Both the position numbers and the translations under genes were made by a program. Shown here piece by piece: positions 15,444 to 23,486 of a stretch of DNA of 64,000 nucleotides. The first letter of the stretch is position 1. The number at the start of each line of letters is the position of its first letter. The notes beneath the pieces are model-generated. The model did not search any database, had not been told where the DNA came from, and was given only the letters and a program-made list of their open reading frames with translations. Source of the stretch: Woeseiaceae bacterium (GTDB taxonomy: Bacteria; Pseudomonadota; Gammaproteobacteria; Steroidobacterales; Woeseiaceae); the NCBI GenBank assembly GCA_021773075.1, contig JAJFKT010000026.1, forward strand, positions 184,356 through 248,355. The letters run 5' to 3'.

Positions 15444-16903
15444 AAAATATACTTGGCACGATAACCTTACTCTTGGCCTTTTCTTTGCTCCACGGTTGCG
15501 GCGGTGGTGGTGGGGGCAGCGGAACTCCGCCAGTGGTCCCGCCGCCGGTTGACGCAATCATCAGAACCGGAATTGCGGTTGGCCCAATCGACACGTTCGG
15601 AAGCGTTGTCGTAAATGGCGTTCGCTACGACACTGCCACAGCGACCTTCACGAGCGATGGCGCTGCCGCAAGCGAAAGTGATCTGAATGTCGGTGACGTT
15701 GTGACGGTCATGGGCACGATTGAAGATGACGGGCTAACTGGAACGGCAGAAACGGTAGCGACCGACGACACGGTAAAGGGCCCAATTGAGAGTATCGATC
15801 TGGCACTGAGTCAGATCGTGGTGCTTGGGCAAACCGTGCTGATTCGTCCGGAAACGTCTTTCGATGACACGCTTAGTCCTGCCTCGATTGATGGTCTGAG
15901 TGTCAGCATGATTGTCGAGGTGAGTGGACAAATCGACGCCAATGGCAATGTTCTCGCAACACGCATAGAGCCGAAGCCGGCCGGTACGCAATTCGAAGTT
16001 CACGGCACTGTTAGCGGCCACAATGCGACAACATTCGTTTTCTCCCTCAACAATCTGGTTGTTGACTACAGCGGTGCGACGCTGAACGATTTTCCGGGTA
16101 ATGCGATCGCAGACGGAGACTTCGTGGAAGCGAAAGGGGTGTCCCTGGGTGCTGCTGGCGAATTGATAGCAACCATCGTTGACCTCGAAGACAATGGCCT
16201 TAACGGTGCTGCTGACACGCATGTCGAAATCGAAGGCTTCATCACACGTTTCGTTTCGGCGACGGATTTTGATGTTACTGGCAATCCCGTTACGACGAAC
16301 GGCTCGACGACATTCGTCGGCGGCGTTGCGGCAGATCTGGGGCTGAACATCAAGGTGGAAGTCGAGGGTGCTCTCGATGCCGGTGGCCTGTTGGTCGCTG
16401 AAAAAGTGGATATTCGCCGTAGCAAGGCGGTGCGCGGTGTTGCGGTAGCCGATTCTGTCGATGCCGCAGCAGGATCGGTGGTTATGCTCGGAATCACGTT
16501 CACCACGGACGAATTGACTCGATTTGAGGACAAGAGCAGCGCCGATATTCGACCGTTGACGATTGGCGATATCAGCGCTGGTGATTACCTGGAAATTCGC
16601 GGCGCCGAGTTCCCGGCTGGAAGTGGCCAGATACTCGCAACCATTTTTGAACGTGAGGATTTGGATACACGGACGGAGCTGCAAGGATTCGTCGAAACAG
16701 TTGCGGATCCATCATTGACCATCCTCGGTGTCACGATTGATACCAATGGGTCGACGATATTCAGGGATATTGATGACAACGTGATTAGCGCCACAGACTT
16801 TTTTAGCCAGGTCGCGGCGAATTCTCTAGTAAAAGCAAGCGGATCAGAAACAGGAGATACATCCATACTCGCACAGGAAGTGGAATTCGAGCTGGAATTG
16901 TAG
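15440..16903 (+). CDS. DUF5666-like repeat lipoprotein (paralog B)
   Basis: Lipoprotein signal MKNILGTITLLLAFSLLHGC-GGGGGGSG. Same repeat organisation as 12639..14084, for example RIEPKPAGTQFEVHGTVS, NNLVVDYSGA and DGDFVEAKG, which are shared almost verbatim. Confidence 0.75.
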   Translation: MKNILGTITLLLAFSLLHGCGGGGGGSGTPPVVPPPVDAIIRTGIAVGPIDTFGSVVVNGVRYDTATATFTSDGAAASESDLNVGDVVTVMGTIEDDGLTGTAETVATDDTVKGPIESIDLALSQIVVLGQTVLIRPETSFDDTLSPASIDGLSVSMIVEVSGQIDANGNVLATRIEPKPAGTQFEVHGTVSGHNATTFVFSLNNLVVDYSGATLNDFPGNAIADGDFVEAKGVSLGAAGELIATIVDLEDNGLNGAADTHVEIEGFITRFVSATDFDVTGNPVTTNGSTTFVGGVAADLGLNIKVEVEGALDAGGLLVAEKVDIRRSKAVRGVAVADSVDAAAGSVVMLGITFTTDELTRFEDKSSADIRPLTIGDISAGDYLEIRGAEFPAGSGQILATIFEREDLDTRTELQGFVETVADPSLTILGVTIDTNGSTIFRDIDDNVISATDFFSQVAANSLVKASGSETGDTSILAQEVEFELEL

Positions 16904-17028
16904 ATCAGCTCAGGGACGAGCAAAAAGGAAGATTGGGCGCGGCCGGCGAAGAGCGACGCCAGGGAAGTGCCCGCCCAAATTTTCCATTGATAACAAAAAC
17001 AAGAACACGAATAGCAAGGAGCGAACGA

Positions 17029-18354
17029 ATGATGGGACGATTGATTAAGGTACTCATGATTGGCGTCTGCAGTAGTACAACGCTCGCAGCGGGCGGCGCG
17101 GATGCAGACCTGTTCGACAGTGCACAAATTGCCGCCGAAGAGGGTCGTCTTGCTGACATGCAGGAACTCTACGAGCGAATACTCGTCGACGACCCGAACA
17201 ATATTCGAGCGTTAAACGGTAAGGCCGCCGCTCAGGCATGGCAACGCGACTTCGACGGGGCACAGCTTACGTATTCCCGATCAATCGCTGTCGAGCCGCA
17301 AAATACGGATACATTAGTGGGCCTCGGTTACGCCTATGCGTGGGCCGGTGCGTACACCCAGGCCCACACTCAATTCCACCGCGCGCTGGCGATCGATCCA
17401 GGAAGTAGTGGCGCACGCAAGGGTATTGGATACAGTTATCACTGGGCAGGCGAACACGAGTTGGCACTCGGATCTTTCGAAACGGCGCAAAGTATCGCAC
17501 CGGACGATGCAGAAATTGCCGAGGCCATTGGCAGGGTGAAGTTGTCCTTAGGTCACTCACGTGATGCGGTCGCTGACTTTGACCGGGCACTGCAAATCGA
17601 CCCGACTCGACACAGTGCGAGCTTGGCGAGGCGCAGCGCACACCTGTCGGCACCAGCGCTCGAATTGACGACGCGCTTTGGTTCGACAAGCAATGCAGGC
17701 TCGGGTCTGCGGGCCGTCGAAGTCGCGCATTGGTCAGCGCCAACAACGCGATTCGCAGTGCGCTATGACAACAGCCTTGGCCTCGACAATTCGTCGATTA
17801 GTGATCGTGGTGAAGATGCGCGCGGCTACTTCGTCTCGGTGCAGCAGTATATTAACGACAGATGGATCGTTGGCGCCGAGGTTGGCCGACGCCAGCTTGA
17901 TGCTGGCGACGAGAGCATGCTCACTCTGCAAGGTTCCTACAACAGCGCCGTCGGCGTGTTTCGTCTCGGAACACAGATCGGCCGGCACGAAGCCGGCCAT
18001 ACTGACAAACTAGTGTTCGGTGGATTCAACTTTGCACTGGCGAATAATTGGCGTATCGAACCGACTGTCTATCTATCACAGACTGGAGTCGCTCGCGATA
18101 ACGAGTGGCGCAGTGTTGTCAACGCCGAGTATCAATCGCAATCGCTTTGGTCGGCGGGCGCGTTGTTAGGTGTTGGCCAGATCGACTCTGCTGATTCAAT
18201 TTTCGACGGTGATACCTCGATCGCCGGTTTGTGGGGCAGCTACCTGATCGCAGACCGATTCTCTCTGCGCCTTTCGGTGCGGCGCGAAAATACGCCTACT
18301 GCGGACTTTACCGTCGCCGAATTCGGATTCACGTACCGCCTGCCGGGCAACTAG
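17029..18354 (+). CDS. TPR-repeat protein with C-terminal outer-membrane beta-barrel (YaiO-like, tentative)
   Basis: ATG 17029 gives the signal peptide MMGRLIKVLMIGVCSSTTLAAGGADA. TPR-like repeats (YERILVDDPNNIRALNGKAAAQAWQRDFDGAQLTYSRSIAVEPQN...) are followed by about 230 aa of alternating beta-strand pattern. Confidence 0.65.
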   Translation: MMGRLIKVLMIGVCSSTTLAAGGADADLFDSAQIAAEEGRLADMQELYERILVDDPNNIRALNGKAAAQAWQRDFDGAQLTYSRSIAVEPQNTDTLVGLGYAYAWAGAYTQAHTQFHRALAIDPGSSGARKGIGYSYHWAGEHELALGSFETAQSIAPDDAEIAEAIGRVKLSLGHSRDAVADFDRALQIDPTRHSASLARRSAHLSAPALELTTRFGSTSNAGSGLRAVEVAHWSAPTTRFAVRYDNSLGLDNSSISDRGEDARGYFVSVQQYINDRWIVGAEVGRRQLDAGDESMLTLQGSYNSAVGVFRLGTQIGRHEAGHTDKLVFGGFNFALANNWRIEPTVYLSQTGVARDNEWRSVVNAEYQSQSLWSAGALLGVGQIDSADSIFDGDTSIAGLWGSYLIADRFSLRLSVRRENTPTADFTVAEFGFTYRLPGN

Positions 18355-18364
18355 GGGGTATACG

Positions 18365-20137
18365 ATGGAGCTGACATCTTCAAGTACGGTAAGTGTCGAG
18401 CAAGCAGCATCGCAAACGATCAATTTTCGCACTGTCGCAAACCGGTCACCAGCGATGTTCATATTCCTGTTCGCTATGTGGTTTGCCGCCCTGGCATGGT
18501 TCGGGCCACGGCTGCTGCAATCGATGGCTGCGGCACAGGGCCCGGTATCCGCATTCGCGCAGGCCTATTTCATAGTATTCGTGTGCATTGCCTGGCTCTA
18601 CGGATTGTATAACGTGTCAGTGGTGTCGTTTGCGACGTACACGAGAATCCGAAATCGGCTGACCGCAACCGATACGACCCCGCCCGAGAAATTAAATACG
18701 CCGATTGCCGTGCTGTACACGACGTGCAATGACTTCGTCGAAGCCGGCGCGATGTCGTGCGCCAAAATGGAATACGGAAACTTCAAACTCTACATACTTG
18801 ACGACAGCAGCGATGTCGGTTACCAGCGCAAGGTTGATCGTTTCGCAAGTCAATATGAGCATGTCGATGTCGTCCGCCGAAAAGATCGTTCCGGGTTCAA
18901 GGCGGGAAATCTGAATCACGCACTGGAAAGTGTCGTAACGGAGCCGTACTTCGTTATCGCAGATTCCGACGAGATCCTGCCGAGAGATTTCCTGTCCAAA
19001 TTGGTGCCGCGGATTGCCGCCGATCCAAGTTGTGGGTTTATCCAGGCCAATCACCAATGCATCAAGCAGGGGACGAAACTGCAGCGTGACATGTGCCGTG
19101 GGATCGATATTCACTGGGAATGGTATCAGCCTTTGAGGAACCGCTTCGGCTTCGTCATGTTCCTCGGTCACGGCGCGATACTGCGAAAACGTTGCTGGGA
19201 TGAAGCCGGCGGGTTTCCTGAGTTGGTCAGTGAAGATCTGGCGTACGCGATCGCGATTCGCGAACGCGGCTATTACGGGACCTTTGCCTCCGACGTTGTT
19301 TGCATGGAGGAGTTTCCGTCATCCGTTAGGGCTTTCCGCATTAGACACGTCAAGTGGACTCGAGGCACTTGCGAGTTCCTGCATCGGTTTACATCACGTT
19401 TGCTGCGCTCCAGGAACATCTCCTGGTCCGAGAAGTTGGATATTCTTTTTCCAACCGCGAATCTCCCGCTGACGTTGTTTTTTTTCGTCTTCATGATGAT
19501 GACGTCAATAGTGCTGCCACTGACGATTGGCGAGCGGGCGACTATGACGATAGAGATCGGATTGAGCTCGCTACAAATTCCAATCGTGCGCATGCCCGCT
19601 GAGATGAACGTCCTTTACACTTGGGACTTCTACTTAATGACGTTGGTGTCACTGGTGTCGCCGCTGCTGTGCTTTATGCTCGCCATGTGGCGCTCACCAC
19701 TAAAATTATTGCGATTTCTCGCGCATTCTACGTCGTTATATGCCGCGTTGGCACCATTGTCGACTATCTGCGTCATCGGTTATTTGAAAACGCGGGCCGC
19801 CCGATTTCTCGTTACCGGCGACAGTGCAGCAGGTGCCCAGGGCGAGAGTAACTACTGGGCGGAAACTCATCCCGACTCCGAGATTACGCAGCGCTTTGAG
19901 TGGGTTGCTGCCTGGGTATTTCTGATTGGCGCACTTGTCAGTTTTCAAATTGCCTTATTTGGTCTGGCGATTGGATACGCGTTACTGGCAATCATGCACA
20001 GCGCTGACTGGGGTCGGCCCGGACTGCAGACAATGACCTGGGTTCCTTTTACTTTTATTGCCAGTGGAATTGCTCTTGGTGGCATGAGCTTGTTCGGGAT
20101 GCAGCCGGTTTTTTTCGGCTACGGGTTTCATTTCTGA
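18365..20137 (+). CDS. membrane-embedded processive family-2 glycosyltransferase (polysaccharide synthase; OpgH / cellulose-synthase-like)
   Basis: N-terminal TM pair, then GT2 motifs: VLYTTCNDF, YILDDSSD, FKAGNLNHAL, IADSDEIL, VSEDLAYAIAIRERGY and a QxxRW-like RHVKWTRGTCEF. Multiple C-terminal TM helices follow. Confidence 0.8.
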   Translation: MELTSSSTVSVEQAASQTINFRTVANRSPAMFIFLFAMWFAALAWFGPRLLQSMAAAQGPVSAFAQAYFIVFVCIAWLYGLYNVSVVSFATYTRIRNRLTATDTTPPEKLNTPIAVLYTTCNDFVEAGAMSCAKMEYGNFKLYILDDSSDVGYQRKVDRFASQYEHVDVVRRKDRSGFKAGNLNHALESVVTEPYFVIADSDEILPRDFLSKLVPRIAADPSCGFIQANHQCIKQGTKLQRDMCRGIDIHWEWYQPLRNRFGFVMFLGHGAILRKRCWDEAGGFPELVSEDLAYAIAIRERGYYGTFASDVVCMEEFPSSVRAFRIRHVKWTRGTCEFLHRFTSRLLRSRNISWSEKLDILFPTANLPLTLFFFVFMMMTSIVLPLTIGERATMTIEIGLSSLQIPIVRMPAEMNVLYTWDFYLMTLVSLVSPLLCFMLAMWRSPLKLLRFLAHSTSLYAALAPLSTICVIGYLKTRAARFLVTGDSAAGAQGESNYWAETHPDSEITQRFEWVAAWVFLIGALVSFQIALFGLAIGYALLAIMHSADWGRPGLQTMTWVPFTFIASGIALGGMSLFGMQPVFFGYGFHF

Positions 20138-20162
20138 TCGGCAAGCGACGAGGAGTTCGAGA

Positions 20163-20489
20163 GTGTTTTCGCAGACCTCGAAAGATAGGGATAACAAAGA
20201 GCGGCTCGACGAAGTTGATAAGTATGTCGACACCGGTACGTCATGCCCGGAGCTGTGCGCGAAGTACGATGTTGACATTCGGGAGTTCGTGATTCTCGCG
20301 TGTATGAGTGAAACCGGTGAGTCGTGCGTCAATTACCTCAGCGCAGCAATTGGACTTAGCCCGACGACCGTAAGTGCGTGCATCGACAGACTGTTTGAGA
20401 ATGGCTTGATTCGATCGTCGGATGAGAATCCACCGCGTTACCTGCCAACAACCGACGGCATCGCAATGCTGCGTAAAGCAGGTGAATAA
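20163..20489 (+). CDS. small MarR-like winged-helix protein (paralog B)
   Basis: YDVDIREFVILACMSETGESCVNYLSAAIGLSPTTVSACIDRLFENGLIRSSDENPPRYLPTTDGIAMLRKA is colinear with 14104..14454. GTG start, 108 aa. Confidence 0.6.
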   Translation: MFSQTSKDRDNKERLDEVDKYVDTGTSCPELCAKYDVDIREFVILACMSETGESCVNYLSAAIGLSPTTVSACIDRLFENGLIRSSDENPPRYLPTTDGIAMLRKAGE

Positions 20490-20625
20490 CGTCACGCCTG
20501 ATGCGATATCGTAGCGACTCAGGAAACTGCCCAGTTCCGTCCATGACCACGGCAATGAGCCATTCAATAGTAGGTACTTATACGTAACCAGAAATAATGT
20601 GCGCGCTGTTACGGTCCATGTTGAT

Positions 20626-21153
20626 ATGGCAGTTTGGACAACGAACCTGGGAACATCAAGTCGGATATTGCCGCTTACGATGATAGCTTTGCTCATCGTG
20701 ACTGTGCCGGCGACAGCGGCCGATGTCGGTGAGGTTGCTCCGGATTTCGAGATCGCGACACAGGATGGAAATGTACTCCGGCTGTCAGAGTTTCGTGGGC
20801 GAAGGCCGGTCTACGTGGTCTTTTGGAATACCTGGTGCTCTTTCTGCATTAAGAAAGTCCCTCGGTATATCAAATTGCAGGAACGCTTTGGTGACAGGAT
20901 TGAGATCATCGCGATCAATACGACCTGGAGCGATTCTCCCGAGAAGATGCGAGTGTTCGAGGATCGCTTTCAGATCAATTATTCAGCTGTGTTTGATACT
21001 GGCAAACTGATCACGGATCGCTTCGAAGTCACCAATGTTCCTGCCGAATTCATCATTGATGTAAACGGAATAATCCGATACCGAAATAACGTGCCCGAAT
21101 ATCCGATCGCTCATTTGCCTGATTGGTCGGTGACCAATGCCTCTGCCAAATAG
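20626..21153 (+). CDS. TlpA/redoxin-family periplasmic thiol-disulfide oxidoreductase
   Basis: APDFEIATQDGNVLRLSEFRGRRPVYVVFWNTWCSFCIKKVP carries a thioredoxin-fold WCxxC motif. N-terminal signal or anchor. The start is uncertain (GTG 20599, ATG 20626 or ATG 20680). Confidence 0.8.
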   Translation: MAVWTTNLGTSSRILPLTMIALLIVTVPATAADVGEVAPDFEIATQDGNVLRLSEFRGRRPVYVVFWNTWCSFCIKKVPRYIKLQERFGDRIEIIAINTTWSDSPEKMRVFEDRFQINYSAVFDTGKLITDRFEVTNVPAEFIIDVNGIIRYRNNVPEYPIAHLPDWSVTNASAK

Positions 21154-21709
21154 TCGCCTGGACAGGCGAAAATTCCTAAAGCGCGGCGGTGCGGCCGTCG
21201 TGGCCGCCACCGCCCTCGCCGGACTCCCATTCGCGCTACGAAAGGAAATGACAGAAGAGACGTCGTTTGTCTTTTTCTCGTCTCAACAAAAGCAAACGCT
21301 TACCGCCCTCCAGGAGCACCTGTTTCCCAAGGGTCCTGATTCTCCGGGCGCTACGGATATTGGCGCAGCTGCTTATCTTGAATGGGCTATTACCGTACCG
21401 GAATCGGATCCAGATACGCGAAATACCATTGTCAACGGCATCAGTCGATTGCACGACGCCACCATTGAGCGATTCGATACGGCGTTTGTACGACTTGAGT
21501 TCATGCAAAAGGAACAACTGTTGCGCTATCTGGCGGATGAGACCCGTTGGGGCCGAGTTTGGCTTTCAATGGTGTTGACCTACATCTTCGAAGCGCTGCT
21601 TTCCGACCCGGTGTACGGTGGCAATCCCGATCAAGTCGGCTGGCGATGGCTGGAACATCAACCAGGTTTTCCCAGACCTCCGGTGGATAAAATATACGGA
21701 AAGCTGTGA
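21137..21709 (+). CDS. gluconate 2-dehydrogenase subunit 3-family protein (Tat-exported small subunit)
   Basis: Twin-arginine signal LDRRKFLKRGGAAVVAATALAGLPFA. Size and position directly upstream of a GMC flavoprotein match the small subunit of membrane-bound sugar or polyol dehydrogenases. Confidence 0.7.
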   Translation: MPLPNSRLDRRKFLKRGGAAVVAATALAGLPFALRKEMTEETSFVFFSSQQKQTLTALQEHLFPKGPDSPGATDIGAAAYLEWAITVPESDPDTRNTIVNGISRLHDATIERFDTAFVRLEFMQKEQLLRYLADETRWGRVWLSMVLTYIFEALLSDPVYGGNPDQVGWRWLEHQPGFPRPPVDKIYGKL

Positions 21710-23400
21710 TGGTGGATTTCGATGTATGTGTAGTGGGAAGCGGCGCGGGTGGAGGTCCGGTTGCTTTGACATTAGCTGAGGCTGGGTATTCTGTTTTGGT
21801 CTTGGAGAAAGGACCCTGGTTGACGGAAGACGACTTCTACAAAGATGAGATTGCGTGCTGCCGACGCAATACTTACTCACTGAACTTGCGAGAAGAGTTT
21901 CACGTCGTTGAAAAACCCGACAAGAACAAAAGGTGGGTCGCTACACCTACTTACGAAGGCGGCCGAGACTTTTGGAACGGCAATATGGTGGGTGGTTCAT
22001 CAAACCTGATGAGCGGTTTTTTTCATCGCCTAAAGCCCAAAGACTTTCGCTTGTTGTCGGAGTTCGGTCCGATTGACGGTGCGAACGTCGAAGATTGGCC
22101 GATTGCTTATGATGAACTGGAACCTTATTACGAAAAAGTTGAGCGCGAGGTTGGCATTTCCGGCCGAGTGGTCGATCATCCGAATCTGGAGCCGCGGTCA
22201 ACGAACGACTATCCGTACCCTCCAACCGCTGAACATCCGGTAGCCGAATGGTTTGATGATCTCTGCCGACGAAAACGTTTGCATTCGATCCCGGTTGCAC
22301 GGGCAATACTGTCGCGGCCGGCGAACGGAAGATCTGGCTGTCAATACTCCGGGTACTGCGGAAGCTATGGTTGCTCCTCCGGCGCCAAGGGTAGCTCGCG
22401 CGTAGCATTGCTGAATCGTGCTGTTGCTTCGGGGAATTGCGAAATTCGGCCGAATTGTCATGTCTATAATCTAGAGAGCGACTCCACTGGCCGGGTGGTG
22501 AGTGCCAATTTCTATGTTGTAAATGGAGATGCTCAAACAGTCCGCGCGGACCTGTTTGTCGTTGCTTGTCAGGCGGTTGAGACATCCCGTTTACTTCTGC
22601 TTTCGCGTGGGCCTCGTCACCCGAACGGGCTTGCTAACAGCCACAATCAAGTCGGCAAGAACCTGGTATTTTCGGGTGGTGGAGCCGGCACCGGTACTAT
22701 CCTGTATGACAGTCTGGATGCGAAGAAGGCCGCTCAACTCAAAATTCGGGGGCCGTTTGTCAATCGTGCGCTACAGGACTGGTACTACATCGACAACGAC
22801 GAGATAGGAAAGGCGAAAGGCGGCACGATTGAGTTTCTGTTTCGTCACCCGAATCCTACCGGTCGTGCGATTCAACAGAAATGGGAATCGGATCGATTGC
22901 TTTGGGGACACCCATTGAAGAACAAGGTGCACAGATACTTTACGAGTGCTGGTTACCTCCGCTTCGAAACTTTTGCGGACTGGCTACCCAACAATAACTG
23001 CAACGTGACATTGGACACGGCGTTAAGAGATAAATGGGACGCGCCTGTTGCACGAATAAAAGTCGGCAAACATCCGCACGATCTGAAGATCAGCCGATAC
23101 CTGGCCCGCAAGGGCTATCAGATGCTGACTGATTTGGGCGCAGAAAAGGTGAGTTGGGGCGTTAGCAGCAATCCGCCGGGCAACTTAATGGCCGGTGGAT
23201 GCCGGTTTGGGAACGATCCAAAGCAATCGGTACTTGACAAGAACTGCCGCGCGCACGACGTTGAAAACCTGTACGTGACAGACGGTAGCTTTATGCCGAC
23301 CGGCGGGAGCGTCCCTCACACCTGGACGATCTACGCGAATGCATTTCGAGTAGCGGAGAAGATATTGGTTGAGCTCGGTGGCGAGAAGGCGGGCCGTTGA
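21706..23400 (+). CDS. GMC-family FAD-dependent oxidoreductase (dehydrogenase large subunit)
   Basis: FAD-binding DVCVVGSGAGGGPVALTLAEAGYSVLVLEKG. C-terminal GMC region GGCRFGNDPKQSVLDKNCRAHDVENLYVTDGSFMPTGG. Confidence 0.9.
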   Translation: MMVDFDVCVVGSGAGGGPVALTLAEAGYSVLVLEKGPWLTEDDFYKDEIACCRRNTYSLNLREEFHVVEKPDKNKRWVATPTYEGGRDFWNGNMVGGSSNLMSGFFHRLKPKDFRLLSEFGPIDGANVEDWPIAYDELEPYYEKVEREVGISGRVVDHPNLEPRSTNDYPYPPTAEHPVAEWFDDLCRRKRLHSIPVARAILSRPANGRSGCQYSGYCGSYGCSSGAKGSSRVALLNRAVASGNCEIRPNCHVYNLESDSTGRVVSANFYVVNGDAQTVRADLFVVACQAVETSRLLLLSRGPRHPNGLANSHNQVGKNLVFSGGGAGTGTILYDSLDAKKAAQLKIRGPFVNRALQDWYYIDNDEIGKAKGGTIEFLFRHPNPTGRAIQQKWESDRLLWGHPLKNKVHRYFTSAGYLRFETFADWLPNNNCNVTLDTALRDKWDAPVARIKVGKHPHDLKISRYLARKGYQMLTDLGAEKVSWGVSSNPPGNLMAGGCRFGNDPKQSVLDKNCRAHDVENLYVTDGSFMPTGGSVPHTWTIYANAFRVAEKILVELGGEKAGR

Positions 23401-23486
23401 TTTGCATGGCTTCTTGGGTGGGCAGAGTCGGAGCTGAAAAACCGTACAATCCTTCACTACCACGCGCTCGAACAATATTGCTACCC

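Noticed and set aside
15734-16684. 316-aa antisense ORF, plus similar antisense ORFs at 13250..13717, 16066..16533 and 16585..17127
   Set aside because: They lie entirely antisense to the well-supported DUF5666-like lipoprotein genes. Their products are low-complexity (Arg/Ser/Ala-rich). These are typical shadow ORFs of GC-rich coding DNA.
16932-16985. Possible terminator between lipoprotein B and the TPR-barrel gene (TTGGGCG ... CGCCCAA followed by ATTTT)
   Set aside because: The stem arms are separated by about 32 nt and the T-run is short. This is too weak to call, and the genes may be co-transcribed.
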